Shown: positions 12,401 through 27,489, counted from the whole stretch's first letter. The stretch is 63,881 nucleotides of DNA, filler included, from Intoshia linei (GCA_001642005.1; 7 parts of 7 records of this genome joined end to end with filler, not necessarily neighbours in it); one strand, 5' to 3'. Numbers and translations: made by a program. Notes: generated from the letters alone by a model not told the origin.

Positions 12401-15400
12401 GGATCGCGCTTACGTAATTTTTGTAAAATAAGTGCCTTATTTCTACAAATTGAGAATTCAAAAAATTATATTATTGAATATCATTGTTATTTTGTGTGTT
12501 AAAATTTAGAATTTAAAACAAGAGCCTTACAGAGGTCAATAGGGATATATGATTATGTGCAAAGTTTATGAAAAAAATTTAGGACCTATTTTTAATTTTC
12601 GGGTAACCTCCAGCTGTGTAGGTTCCGATCTGACCCTAATATACACAATATAAATATAGAGCGTAAATATGTAAAATTCACTTTACATTATTTTTCCACG
12701 AAATATCACATATTTGAGGCCTACAAGATTTTTTATTTTTTATGTCTTATCTTACGATGCCGGTTAATAGATTTACTTTCAACCCCGCAAACCTTTCCTT
12801 TGGTTAAAATCCATCAATCAAATAATAGGGTTGCATATTATCCATTATATCAAAAGAGTAATAATGTAACATTGTGTAATCATTACCCATACAAAAATAT
12901 GAAATATCAGTAAAGCATGTTTTTACACGTACCTCTAAAAGCTCTATCACATTTACAAAGTTATATTTAATTATCTGTAAATATGCATAAAAAACCTGGT
13001 TTCCTGAATTAATCTTTCTCGTTTATCTTCCAATTCTTTTCTTTCAGATTTAACAATAACACTGAGAAGCTGATCTTCCAAGCCTTTCAATGTAACAGTA
13101 TAATTAATCAGCATAGATTTTCCATAAATATCTGGCGAGTATTTAGGATTACTTAACTTAGTAGTTAGATAAAGTTGAAAAGTTGGATCAAAATCGATTT
13201 CTTTGTCACCAACTATTACAAATTCACTTCCTTTATCGCCTATAAATTAAATATTAAATAATACATCATCAATAACAATGTATAATATATTTATTATAAA
13301 TGTAAGTTAACAGCTCAAAAATCGCTTAATCAGATTAACAAGTCATACAACCATGTAGACATAAATTTATAATAATTATTAATTTTACCTTTAACATTTT
13401 TTTCCAAAACATTATCTATGATTGGATCAATGTACTCGTCAACATCTTGAAATAAAAACGGAAATCCATACTTTATTGCCAATTCTAATTGTTTAGAGAA
13501 CTCGGCATCGTTAAATGTGTTTACCTAATTGAAAATTGAGATGAAATTTAAAAAATCAAAATCAACCTTCAAGTTATTTTCTAGTTCTCTCTTTTTGATC
13601 CAATTAATGGCTTGTTGTTGAGGGTCAATACACAATGGAAAACGGGAGGCTAGAGTTGTAAGTATGCCATTCTGAATTGATAATTCATCAGGTGGTAAAC
13701 CTTCCGATGTCCATCTATAAATTGAAATTAGAAAATATTTAATTACAACCAAATCATGTTTCTACAAAACAAGTATTATATAAAATTTACTTGCTAATTT
13801 CCACATCATTTGTCAAAATATTTTCAATGCAAAAATCTTCACTGAGTGGAATGTTGGCATTTTTTACTTCCTTTACCCACATTTCATAAATAAGCCTATT
13901 TCTATACTCCCAACTGAATGCACCGACGTAACTAAGAAATCCAGCTCCAATTAAACAATCTCCTAATAGTCTAATTTGTTTTTCTTTTAAATCGTTGAGT
14001 TCACTTTGCCATCTTATTTTTTCTGATCCTAATCCTGTGATTAGTTTATCTGCTGCTATCAATCGACGTTCCATAATTTCAGTCTCTTCTGTCAACTGTT
14101 TTCGTTCCAATGTAGCTTCCTCATATTTTTTATTAAGATTACTAAGTTCTTTTTCTAGAGAATCTACTTCCCTGTTAATTTTATCAAGTTCACGCTTGGA
14201 TTGATGAAAACTTTTTTCTAATTTTGCCACCTATGTTTTTATTTATATAATTTTTATTATTTTTTACCCTGTCTCTTTTTGGTTTAACTTCTCGAGCTAC
14301 ATCACAATATCCCACTACAGCTTGTACAAATTTCATTAAGCCTGCACCAGCTTTACTCTTATCCTTCATCACTTCTACTGTCATATCAAGTTCTTTCAAG
14401 AAACCTATAAAATGGATTAATTATAAAATCATTCTATATGATTGGTTACTTTGAACATAATGATACCTATTCAAAAAACCAAAAAGATAAATATACCTTT
14501 CACTGTTGCAATCTGCTTTGGTGAAATAGAATCTACGTCCATTTCCTTAAGTGATTTTAAGAAATTGCCTTCGGACATCATGCCTTTAGCTGATTTCCAA
14601 GAAACTTCACGTATTCCCTTCATTACTACAATGCACTCGCAAATAGTTTGAACAGGTTTAGGAGGCTTTGCGAAAGAACTATATATAGTCATTAGAATAA
14701 TAATTATTAAAGGAACAGTAAATCTACGAATTAAAAAATAATTGTTTTTGATGTATAATTAAGAATTATAGGCACGCGATTTATTTATTATAATAGGACT
14801 ACAACAGTTTATCCCCATGTAGTACCTTTTCATAATTATATATACATTATATTATACCGTATTTCTGTTACATCTGATTTATCCAAGTCGTCAAGAGCTA
14901 ACCGAGCAGCTTCCAAAGCAGGCAATGCTTCAGCTAATGCTGCCTCGGCGTCCAATTTTTGCACACCAATTTCTTTAGATTGTATTTGAACTTCAATACC
15001 TTTATTGGTGGCAAGCTGCTTTTTTGTTGTAGCTTTGTCAGTCCCAGTGATAATTTCTTCCAATAAGCCTTCACAGGCTGTTGTTTTCTCTGTAACAGCT
15101 ACTTTTTGCACAGCCAATTTTTCATTTAATATATTCAATTCTACACTAGCTTCAGCTATTTTTTTCATTCCACCACTTAGTCTTTTACACTAGATTGAAA
15201 TAAAATTAAAGATACAAAGATTAAAATCTATTTTTATTTCAACACCATATTTCTGTTATAAATTGATTATATTATTGGTATATGTAAAGTAAATAGTACA
15301 TTGTATACCTGTGATTCTATAAAATTATCTTTTTGGTTTAAAAGTTTGATATAATTATTCAAAAGATCCAAATAATTTTTAGGAGTAACATAATTATCAC

Positions 15401-18400
15401 GCCGTAGCTTTTGTTGAAATTCAACAGTCATTTTACCAACATCAATATGCATTTCGACAGCTCTATTGATTATGTTTTCTTTATGTTCCGCCGATATGAG
15501 TGAAACCTAAAATTCAGTTTACTAAATTCTGAAATTAAAATTAATTGAGTACAATCAAGGTGTCAAAATAAGGAAATAACATGAGGAAACGAAAAAATAG
15601 TATAAAACATAAATTAAATATTAAATGAAATCATATAAAATGGTATTTCATCAATTTTTTCTTGATCATATTATCATGATCAATATAAGTATAATATATC
15701 TATTATTTATATATGTACCTCAGTTTCTAGATAAACAGAAGCAACTGAATATAGAGCATCTTTAGGCCATGGAAAGTACCAATCAATTGTGGTATTATTA
15801 ACTAATCCTGGAAAATTTCTACATCTTGTCCGTAGTATTTCACCAATTGGAGACATTGCTATTACTACATGTAAATTATTTCGGCATTTCGAAACAAAAT
15901 AATTCCAAATATTTTCCTTAGCTATAACGCCTTCCTTTTGAAAGGCTTCATTACGCATCTAAAAATTTAGTTATAGAAGGTTATATAATTCACAACTAGA
16001 GCAATCACTCTCCAAAAGTACTAAATATTTAAAAAGTTTTTAGTGCAGTTTTAGTAAATTTACTAAATTTGTACTTTTTGTCAACAGAGAATGGAATGTG
16101 ACGATATTGACATTGTAGTGCAATTGAAATTGTACTAACTGTTAGTCTAACAGTTCCATGTTAGACTCTAACATGCAATTACATAAATTTGTAACAGTAA
16201 AACGTAATACGTAATACATGCTAAAACAATGATAGTAAATTAATTTTAAGGTAGCATTTCAACTTTAAGCATCTGATAATATTGACTATGACTAAATTTA
16301 CAAGGCATTATGTACAAAATATTGTAATACCTGGAGATAACAATATAAATATACTAGCATACATAAAACTTAATAAAAAACATGAAAACTTAATAAAAAT
16401 GTACTAAAAAAACTTACTAATCCGGTTACGCTATTCACAACTCTATGTAAAATTTAAAAATTTATAAATTTTATATTTTAATTTAACCTGTTCAATTATT
16501 TCATCCTTTTCATCATCAGCATATAATGTAGGTACCATTCCAGAAGTAAGCATATTATTAATCATTTCGAGAAAACCTTAACATGAAATAATTAAGAATA
16601 CATAATATTTAATGTCTATTATGTTGAATATGTAATAAGTCGAATATTTAATATACCTAATATTTAATATGTCTAATATGTAATATGTTCAATATATAAT
16701 ATATCTAATAGGCAATATTTCTAATATGCAAAATAATAACAATAATAATAATAATACAAAATATTAATATAACACGTATGATATTGTAAATACAGTAAGA
16801 TAAAAGAAAAGAATGAAGTTTCAAAATAATAAACCTTCATTTGTAACATGTTGATCAGTAAACAAAAATACATTTTTCTTGTCTTCAATACCCAGAGAAT
16901 AGTATAAAAGTTTAAGATCGTCACTAAAGGAAGCAATGTTGTATCCTCTATTTAGCATAATTGAAAAGATGTTACATTTTGCAGCTAATAAAATTAAATC
17001 ACATGTTAAATAGAATTACCATAAGCAGCTAAACGAGTTATACTTTGCTTGCCACTACCACTCACACCAATTAATAAAGCATTCCCATTTTGAGTCATTA
17101 ATATTCGATGTAATCTGGCAATGTGTTCTATTGCATCATTAAACAATACCAAATTCATTTTATTATTAATTTGATTGTAATCATTCAATAACTAAAGTAT
17201 TCATTAGCATGCTAATACATATGGTTAACTTTCTATATGGTCCACTCAGTTAACACTCAAAAATTTATTTTTATTGAAAAATGCAATAGTTAAAAACAGA
17301 AATGATAATACAAAAAAATAAGTTCATTTGAAAATAACAAAAATAAACTGCAAGTGTGTTATTTTTTGGTTTAGTCAACATTCTAAAATTAATCAGTCTA
17401 TGTCAGGTATTCTCAACCCTGTTTCGCTGTGGACCCCTAAGATGATATTACATAAAACCTGTGGACCCCCCTAAAAAATTAATAATATTGACAATTTTTA
17501 ATAAATCATTACATTTGGGTGAAACGAATGATAGTCAAAAGACACGGAGTACTCTATTTTTGCGAGGTGATAAACTTAATGAATTATTAATATTAACCTT
17601 TAACCCGTCAATGTTCCCAAAATGGAACATGTTTTTCAGGTATTGTTTACAGTATATTATTAATTGTTTACTACATATTTTATCAGATCAATAAAAAGTC
17701 TATATTATCTATCTTCCCTGTGAAGAATTAATATTTTATATCCCTTCGTTGATGTTTCATAGAATCATGAATATTGACTGATTTTTTGTCCCATTTTCAA
17801 TTTAAAATTTAAATCTTTTTTTTATGATTAGAAACTTGGCTCGGTTATAAATTTTAATAAAATAATTAAATAAAACCGCTGCTCCTAAAATAAAACAATG
17901 GAGGTTTCCCAATAAGTTTTTACACTTGTAAGTAATTTAATTTAATACCAAAGAATTTACTTTTACATGGTTTTCACGTTTTATATTAGTATTTCTGAGC
18001 CTTTATGTTTTAAAAACGACTTTATGTTACTGAAAATGTCTATAATATGTAAAAAATAAATATAATATTCATGGACCCCGGTGAGAATGGCTGGTCTATG
18101 TGAAAAACCAATTTTTTCAAATATTGACATTTTTATATATTCATAAATTTTAAAATTTTAAAATTTTAAAACTACTCTATATTAAGTGATTAAAATTAAA
18201 ATAAATTCATAATGGTTTTATATAAATCTGAAAAAGTCAGTAGATTTCGACTAAATTAAATAAAATGTTACCTCAATTAAAACATTTTTTGCAGCAGCGT
18301 GATCATTTACATCTTGATAGCAGGTATCAGTATCATTCAAATTATTTAAAAAATAGCCATACATGCAAGGATCTCGAAGTACAAAATCCGATTCTTTTTC

Positions 18401-21400
18401 AAAATTAATATTTACAATTTCATTCAATTTATTCTAAATATAAATATAAACGCATTTATTATAATATCGATATTATCTCATCGAATTTGTTTTATTAGAG
18501 AATTTAAACATTTAATTTATAATACATCAGAAATATATTTTGAAGTTTAATATCATTATTTTTAATAAAATATATATTTGGGTACGTAGCAATAATATAT
18601 TTTGTTTTTATTTGATCAATATAAAAAATATAACTTACCAAAACATTTTTACCATCATTACTTATTAAGCGGTCCATGAAAACTCGAGTACATTCGTGTC
18701 TCCAAAGTCGTAAAATTGAAGCTTTATTATTAAGCGTGCTTAATGTTGAAAAACATAAACCATTATATATTCTAGACAAATCCCTCATATTAAATATATA
18801 GTGAAATTTAGATGGCGTTGGAGGCAAATTTTTGATAATGTATCTAAAATTATATGATAAATAAAACTACTCAAATGAAATTTAATCGAGCACGAATACG
18901 AAGATTATCGTAGTCAAGTCGGATTTATAAAGTAATTTATTTACTTTAACTATTCCTGATCATATAATTATAATAAATTACTTGTATAATTGAAGTGTAA
19001 TATTCGTTATTTTCGAAACCATGTTCTTAACTTCATCGCTAAAAAATTCAAAATGTCCCGAGAGGATAGAGTTGAATATATGTTTAAGAGTAAGATCAGA
19101 TGGATCAGTCATGTTGTACACTGTGAATAGAGAAATAAATCTGGGGTCTACTTCGTTTCGTCCTGCACCTGGTGTACCCATGGCAGTAATCCAACTCATA
19201 GATTTAATTCCCTTCCAGTTCAAATCTTTACCACGATCATATATTCCTCCTCTTTCTAATAATAATTTCAATAAAGCTATAGGTTGTTGAGTTCCATATA
19301 TATCCACTTGAGGCATGTTCATATCATCAATAAACACAAGCAATTTCTTTCCTGGAGGAGGTCCATAGGTATCTTTAGTTCTTTTCTCAACATTGGATTC
19401 AATACTCTTTTGTACATCCAATGACGAAGTACGATTTGAAAAATTAAGAATAAGCTTTATATGTGATTCATTAGGAATACTCCTTAAAAGACTCATAATA
19501 GTAGCAGTTTTGGATGTTCCTGTATCTCCAACAAGTAGGATGGGTCTATTGATTTTAAGTTGACAATTAAGAAGCCATACAGCTCGAACGGTATCGACAG
19601 TAGGTACCAAAATATTGGAAAATTTTACCTCAGGATTGTGTATATATTCAGGAACAATATCTACCCACGAGATCCAAACTTTCTTTTCCACGTCCCAAAA
19701 ATAAAAATACAGCGTATTATAAAATGTTGGTAGTTCTCCTATCCCGCAAATATCTTTTTCTCCAGACTTTTCCGTCATTGAAGCTAATAACTTTAAATGG
19801 GAATCGAAGGACCCTTGACTTTCAGTTATCAAACTCGCACCAAGAGACCAATACAGAGCATATATAAACGTCATTTCTAAAGAATCATTTGTCACATTAC
19901 TTCGATTTCCATTCAATAAACAATCCAATACATTAGTTAATTGTGTTATCAAGTTAAGATTAGTTAACGGAATAATGCATTTAAGTGGTTGACATTGATC
20001 ACCTTCTTGAACGCCTTCAAAAATTAATTCAATTAAAACAGTTACATATTTTTTATACAAAAAGTCCAACTGATTGCGATCATCCTTTTCGGTAAACAAA
20101 TTTATCCATTTTTTCCAAAAAGGTTCATAACCCAAATTTTTGGGGTCGACATATACCATACCACATCTAGAAATGGTTGCAGGTGAAGCATATTGCAAAT
20201 CATGAACTTCGAATAATAAAGCACACTTCTTCTGAAGTCGAATACGTTCACCATTAGCTAGTGTTAAAATTCTATTATCATCCATAACACTATTCATATT
20301 TTCTATCCATAAAGCATCAACATCGCCATCAAAAACAATATATCTTTTTTCGTTTTTTTCTGTAGGTCGATTGATTTCTCTGAAAATATTTGACAATAAG
20401 CCATCCGTCCAATCTCGTGTAGTTGTGTCTAAAATTCCATATAATTCGACAACACTTCGCTCTTTAGGATTTAACACAAACAACTTTGTTGGTGTGCCTA
20501 ATTTTGTTTGAGTTTCAGCTAGAGTTTTGATTATGACGCTTTTCCCACCACCTGTTGGACCTACAATCATGGTTGTATGACGTGTCATCATAGTTTCGTA
20601 AAGTTGTATAACTTTGTCGGCTTGGTGCGACATTAATATATAATTATTTTTTAATAATACATTATCCACGGCGTCATTAAATTCGGGGTATCTGACTCTT
20701 GGGCAGTCTAGACCAGGGAATAAATCCGAAATTAAGCCTAAGAACAATGGTACATCTTCATAAATAAATTTGGGAAGATTCATATCTCTCAGTGCTCTCA
20801 TTAATACCATGTTTTCAGCTAGATCCGGAGACGTTCTCTTAAGTTCTCCAGCCATAACCAAAACAGATTTTAAAGCTCGCAATCCAAAATCATAGTGATG
20901 TTGTTTGGATAATTGTTCTGAGGCCAATTTATACAAAACAGTCATTTTTTTAGCCAAAATTGTAGCATCTAAAAATCCTTCCGAAAATAACATGATTTGA
21001 CAAATTTGTTGCATATCCGGCACAATTACAACTACAGGTCGGAACAATGTTTTGATTGATTCCGGTAGTTCTGTTCTTCCAGCGTAGCCAGGATTCATGG
21101 TTATAAATATACCCACACGTTGATCTAATTCAATTTCGTCACCTTCAAAGTGAAATTTTTTCAAATTTAAGAGCAGTGCGTTTCTTATTGTAGCTAATCG
21201 TGTCGAAATTACTGACAGTACAGAAATATCTATTCGATTAAATTCGTCAAAACATCCCCAAGCACCACATTGACAGAGACCTGATAAAATCTTTCCTAAC
21301 GCCTTATAGTCCATCCCTTCCCCACAATTAGTTACTACGCATAAAAGACCCAAAGCTTTAGCCAAATCTTTAACAGTTTCTGTTTTACCCGTACCAGCAG

Positions 21401-24400
21401 GTCCAGCCGGTGCTCCACCCAATTTCATAGATAGGGCTTGAGTTAATGTTAAATAAATTCGATCCGTTAATGGAGTGATAACTAATCTACCATTTAAACC
21501 CATATATTCATAACCGTAAAAAAAGGTCCCTGTACATTGTTTAATAATTAAATTATCCGTTTCTTTTATCCAATAAAAACGAAGTTGACTTTCCCATTCA
21601 AATTCTCGTGCATCTAAAATACTGTCTCGAACAAAATTTGAAATTATATCCCGAGCATGGACATCAATGATTAAGCAAGTATTGAATTTCTTGCGATCAT
21701 TCTTTTCTAATGGAGAGCGTATTTTAAAAACTAATTCATTTAATTGTTCTTTTAAATATTTTGAATACTCCTTCATTGCCATTTTACTACCATTTTTTAC
21801 TTTTGTAAATACATCTTCACATTCCCAGGTCCACCATATTTGGTTAACTGCTAAACATACCATACCTTGATATTTTAACAAGCAATCACATCTACTTGAA
21901 TTGTATTTATAATAGAAAACGGCTTCTTTCGTAATGAGACGATTCGTTCGTCTCATTTCTAACAATACATTAGTCATCCAATCTTCAACTCTTCCATCCA
22001 TATTTACTTTTGTTTTAAATTCCATTGTTTCGTTTTCAGATGAAATCATTGCACTAGCACTAAAATCACTTGTTGTTGTCGATGTTTGAGTCAATTTTAA
22101 TGATGAGATATTGTCAAACATTTTAATCATGTGTTCCTGAACACAATCTGCATTGCTATTTCCAAGTATACTCAATAATTCCTCATCTGATATGAAGAAA
22201 AATCTTGGAAATATGTTACGCTTCGAATCCAAATATTCATTCAGCGATTTTTGACATTTTTCTAATCCATCAGCCAAATATTTTAATTTTTCAAGTCTAT
22301 CCTCCACGTTACACTCATTGTAAATGTTAGAATTTTTATTTGCATCGTTCATAATCTACAATAAAATAATAAAAATAATTATTAATGTAAGTTTAATTAC
22401 TTGTTTAAAAGTTTCATCTATATCATCAAATTTACGCGCCTCGTCGGGTAATTGAGATCGAATGTCTCCACTTATGAATATACCCACCAGATACATCCAC
22501 TTTTGCTGAACTACCATCCATGTCTAAAACACATAATATTATTGATATAAATATCATACCTCTAATACTTCGCTAATATGCGATAATTTTTTTTCCCACA
22601 ATTGTACTACAGGTAAAAATGGACCTATAAAGCGAGAAGCCGACATTCCTTGTAAGAGCATGGCGTTGTCATCCAATGTTTGCATTATTTCATCTATTGA
22701 ACCAATGATATATCCTTTATGATTTCCCATATTATCTTCTTTGTATTTATGTATTGTAAATTTTAGCATTCTCCAAGTTTCTTCAACTTCTTTTACTCCC
22801 TAAAATTAAAACAACACTTTTAAATTTATAAATATTACGGATATTCGATAATTTTATATATAAATGACAAGATTTGGAAAAGGCGGATACTTATTCAAAT
22901 ACGATATTACAAAAAAAATTATTATTAGATTCTTATTAGATTATTAGATTATTAGATTCAATTTTTCGATTAGATTAAAAGTATTCAAAAAAACACTTAG
23001 AATCACACCACTAAAGGATATGGTTGAAATAATCAATATTTTGGAAAATTAGTGATGTATTCATAACTAAACTAAATGGCTACATAATATATACCGTAAC
23101 ACATTAAAAATTATGGATTTATTCACTATCCTCAAAATTATAAAGTGTGAGATTTTATCGCAAATTTTATTTTCAAAAATTCAATTCTTCATGGTTAAAA
23201 ACACCAATTATCCTTTTTTAAAAATGAAATTAGTCTTAGAATTTTTAAAAGTAAACACTCTGATACAGATTTTAAAATCATGAACATTTTCATAAATTTC
23301 AATTTCTAAAACTTATATCTTCACCGCCAACCCAAAACCAATTAATATTATTAATGGACTAATTACTTTTTCTACTGCTAATTCCTTTGATGCTGAGGTG
23401 ACAATTTCTATTATTTCTGCTTCAAATCGATGTAATTCCATAGAGAAAATTTTTTCCAATGTAAATGTTTTAGGGTTCATATCAAATGATTGGCCAGTTT
23501 TTTCCATTAATTCTTTCCAATGTCTAAAAAATCAGTTTTCATTAAGAATAATCGTTATATATGTATAATATTGTCGAATATTTTCATTATTTATAAAGTA
23601 CTCTATGATGAAAAAACTATTATGTGCATTATTACGAAAATGATATTATTAATTATGATGAAATTTCTGACCTATCTCTCAAAGCTTCGTTTTTCAAATA
23701 CAAAAATAACGGTAAAGAATCCTTAAAATTGATAATATTGCTTTCCAACGCCTTCCAAGTACTGAGCTGACGTGAATCAGGATTGATTTTACGCAGTTTT
23801 TTAGAATAAGCATCAATGCCTTCTTGTAAAGTATTAATACTCAACTGTGACCAGAGAGTTTGAGCCCACTCTTCACGAGAATTTTTTTGTTTTTCGTAAA
23901 TATCATAAATATCTTGTAAGAAAACCATTTTTTTTTGTATATTTATTAACTTTGAATAAGATGTAATTGGCAAATCAAACAACTTTTGACCATTTACCAA
24001 TTCATTTTTATAAATTTCGTACTTTTTAATTTCCAATTTATACTCTTCCATCGACTTTAATCCTATAATATAGTTATATCAAAATAATAACCAATAAACA
24101 AATATGTACTTAAATGATTTAAAGTGTATAAACCTTTGTCCATATTTCCCTTCACAGAATCAGGTCCTTCGAGAATAAACTTGTCACTGAATTCGTCAAT
24201 GTCAACCATGAATTTGTTTACGTCTTTTTGAGTTATCTAAAAAACAATTATTCATTAATTCTTAACCCTTAAAGATCAAAGTACTGAAATTTGCAGAATG
24301 ACCCCACTATAAAGGATCCAATGTAGTTTAGAATTTACTATTTCATTTATAAAGTATCTCTAATCATTTAGTTTTATAAAATGAAATTCATAAGCATTAC

Positions 24401-26166
24401 AATAAATATCAACCTCAAAAAAGGTAATTTTCACTGTTAACAACTTAGATTACCCTTTTTTTAAAAATTAAAGCAGTTCTAAAATTTTAAAAAAAATTGG
24501 ATCTGATACAGGTATATCCAGTGAACATACCTAACAAATTTCAAAGTGACGTCTTCACGGTCAAAAAGCACACTAAAATTCATTTTTTTTCAAAATATTT
24601 TATTAAAACAAAGAATTTGAAATAATTATAAACGGTCCAACAATTAAAAAAATCTATATAATGCATTCCTTCGAAATTTTTTTCTTTAATACGTAGTTTT
24701 AATTTTCAAAAAGCTTAGAATCATTTAAATTAGGACTTTGTGATTATCATTTTTATATTAATTACAATGTTTGTATAATTCACCCGGAATATGTTCTGTT
24801 TTAATAATTCCGTTAATTATTTATAAAAATTATTTTTATAATAATTATTATATAATTATAATAAGAAAATACCGATTTATTTACAATTTTATTTTTTCTG
24901 ATATTTAAGCGATTTATGTAAAAAATTTAAGGATTGTACTGTTTTTACTTTATTTTTAAGATAATACACACATTCTATCTAATATAGTATCAAAATGGGA
25001 TGACAAAAATTTTTTTAAAATTCTTTACATAAATATTAACAAAATAAAATTAAGTGGGAATAATTATCTTTAAATTAAAAGGTATTGTGAAATGATAAAT
25101 ATTAAATTTAATACCAGTTTAAATTTATATTTAACTTTTTCTAGTCTCAAATCAATAGTTTTTGTCTTTATAACTAAATCTGCCCACAGTTGAGGAATTG
25201 TCTTTGCTTGTAACGAATCTGCTTCTGGATACTAAATTGTCAATTAAGTAAACTAAATTATGATATTAATTAAGCATTATATCCATTGAGAATTCAAACC
25301 ATATTTAATGTAAAAATAAAATAATTATAATGAAAATTAATAATAAATATATATTAATAAATTACATTTTGCTTATACAAGTCCAAAATTCGATAATTTT
25401 CAATTATAGCAAGCATTCTAAATTCAGTTTTCATGGACATTTCCCTAATTTCATGAATATTTGTTAATATATTTTTAAGGTCTGAAATCGTTTGTGGCCA
25501 CATGTCCAAATATTCATTCATTTTCTAAGTTTACACTATTACATACTCTATCATATTTACTATAAATTAAAGCAAACCAAATAAAAATATTAATGAATTC
25601 ATGAATCCAATAAATATCAGAAAAAATGAATCAATATGCGAACTCAACCATCCTATTTTTAATGCCAAAAAAATTTTTATAGATTAAAAGGTACTTGATG
25701 CTACAGATTGATAAACACACATAAATACCTCATTAAATTTACAATTTATTGACACACGTACATATAACAATAAAACTACACTAACATACATAAACTTATT
25801 AAAAATTTTCAAATTTTTTAGTCGCATATATTTGCATATATACAAATTTATCAAATTTTTAATAAAATAATATATAATATTATATTAATAATAAAATATA
25901 ATAAGAAATACGTTCATAGTATCCATGATATTATTCTGTTTAGCAATAGTTTCTTTGTATAAGTTTTGAGCAAATGTAGAAATCCATGTTTTAATGTGAT
26001 CACAAATAGAATTTGAAAATGCAGCCATTTTAACAACGATACATGATTCGTATATAAAAATGGGTTGCATTTCAACGTCCTCCATAACACGTAATAACCC
26101 TGCAAATTTAGTGTCATATTCTGACGCAGATCTGTTTCCATATATCCATTTTTCAATTATGGTATT
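6500..26166 (-). CDS. DNAH10: Dynein axonemal heavy chain 10 (inner arm I1/f alpha), 5'-incomplete
   Basis: 32 GT-AG exons total 10425 nt in frame: 25912-26166, 25366-25524, 25115-25231, 24134-24236, 23672-24062, 23367-23523, 22560-22799, 22401-22523, 18982-22355, 18639-18843, 18272-18433, 17020-17191, 16835-16984, 16488-16576, 15719-15958, 15309-15506, 14858-15189, 14497-14678, 14268-14404, 13791-14230, 13567-13714, 13389-13524, 12996-13239, 10911-11314, 10755-10858, 10325-10480, 9484-10023, 8604-9428, 8395-8562, 7412-7592, 7230-7375, 6500-6646. P-loops [33 protein letters not shown]-terminus [28 protein letters not shown] is characteristic of DNAH10. Confidence 0.93.
7660..7894 (+). mobile_element. 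Helitron family 3' fragment in a DNAH10 intron
   Basis: gatagagcttattccagttgatataaatac is shared with 49868. Ends with aaatgtgccctcggtagagctag..tgtacgcagtaca..caacctaa, the same 3' end as at 61468. Confidence 0.7.
12298..12342. mobile_element. 45-bp minimal Buster-type hAT remnant
   Basis: CAGTGGTTCTCAAC...TTGAGAACTCCTC flanked by gtatacaa/gtatacat (7/8, nnnTAnnn). Confidence 0.6.
17404..18093. mobile_element. Buster-type hAT MITE
   Basis: TIRs CAGGTATTCTCAACC / GGTGAGAATGGCTG. Perfect 8-bp TSD GTCTATGT (17396-17403, 18094-18101). Subterminal tggacccc repeats. Confidence 0.9.
24415..24900 (+). mobile_element. Diverged internal Helitron family fragment
   Basis: gtgacgtcttcacggtcaaaaagca..aaaatattttattaaaacaaa..ttccttcgaaattttt matches 26680-27050. 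Confidence 0.6.
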
Positions 26167-26268
26167 CTAAAATCAAAATTAATAAAATATAACCATGTTA
26201 TTGATTATAATCTATATATTCTAAATACATTATGAAAATATAATTTTAATTTATCAATTTATATTATA

Positions 26269-27358
26269 TACTTTACTTATATAATATGCTACGCAATATT
26301 TGTTTGTGTGTGTGTTCCACTTTATTAAAATAATTATCAGTCTTAGAATTTTATAAAGTCCACATTTCAATTACAGTTTTTACCGGGACATATAATAAGA
26401 TAAATTTCAATCTCCAAAACTCACATCTTACATGGCAAAAATCCCAATTGTCCTTTTTTTTAAAAATCAAACAAGTTGGAGAATTTAAAAAAATATATAC
26501 GCTGATACGGATATTAAAAGAATAAACATTATCATACATTTAAATTTAAAAAAATTACATCTTTAGGGCCAAAACTGAAAATTACCCTTTTTTTTAATGA
26601 AAACAGCCCTAGAATTTAAAAAAATACAGGTGGTACAGTTGTATCCTGTTAACACACAAAAAAAATTTAAATCCAAATAAGTGATGACTTCACGGTTAAA
26701 AAAGCATTTTATTATTCATATATTTTTTTCCCAAAATATTTTATTAAAACAAAAAATGTGAAATAATTAACAATCAGAAAAATAAATAAAAAAAATTATT
26801 CTGATAGAGCTTATTTCAGTTAATATAAATACAAAAGTTCAACCCGAGAAATATACGCATTCCCGATAAAAAATAATTTTTAATATATTATCAACCAATA
26901 TTTTTCAAATATTTCGATTAAAATAAAAATTGAAAATGTAAATATTGATTCTACAATTTCAAAAAAAATGTGCATTGAACGTCTACACATTTCCAATAAA
27001 GAAACATGAATGATAAGCTATATAATTAATTCCTTCGAAATTTTTTTTATTGCTATGCAATTTTTCAATTTCATAATCTCATTTTCAAAACATTTTAAAT
27101 AAAATTTAAATAAAAACTACAACAACGAAATTAAAATTAATACAACTTTGTTAATATGATTTTTACATTTATTACAAAACTTTGCAATATTTGTAAAATT
27201 CGCCTGAAATATGTTTATAAAGTGAAGATTCAATTAATTATTGATACATAATTGGTATTTTTAAGTATTTAGAAAATTGGTACTGAATATACATCACATA
27301 GATCATCACATTGAAAGTGACAAAATAGGTTTTTATAATTTTATTTTTTCTGGAATTT
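26269..27358 (+). mobile_element. Helitron family copy (3' end lost in the gap)
   Basis: Begins tactttacttatataatatgctacgcaatatttgtttgtgtgtgtg and is colinear with 49339-50330. Confidence 0.8.
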
Positions 27359-27489
27359 NNNNNNNNNNNNNNNNNNNNNNNNNNNNNNNNNNNNNNNNNN
27401 NNTTAATTAATTAANNNNNNNNNNNNNNNNNNNNNNNNNNNNNNNNNNNNNNNNNNNNTCGCATTTAATAATTTTACTACATATATTGC

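Noticed and set aside
19021-21870. Plus-strand ORFs antisense to dynein exons (and similar ORFs opposite the GPCR, TMEM223 and FoxG)
   Set aside because: Shadow ORFs of real coding exons.
22921-22960. (TTATTAGA)n run resembling a telomeric repeat
   Set aside because: Short intronic low-complexity microsatellite, not TTAGGG-like.
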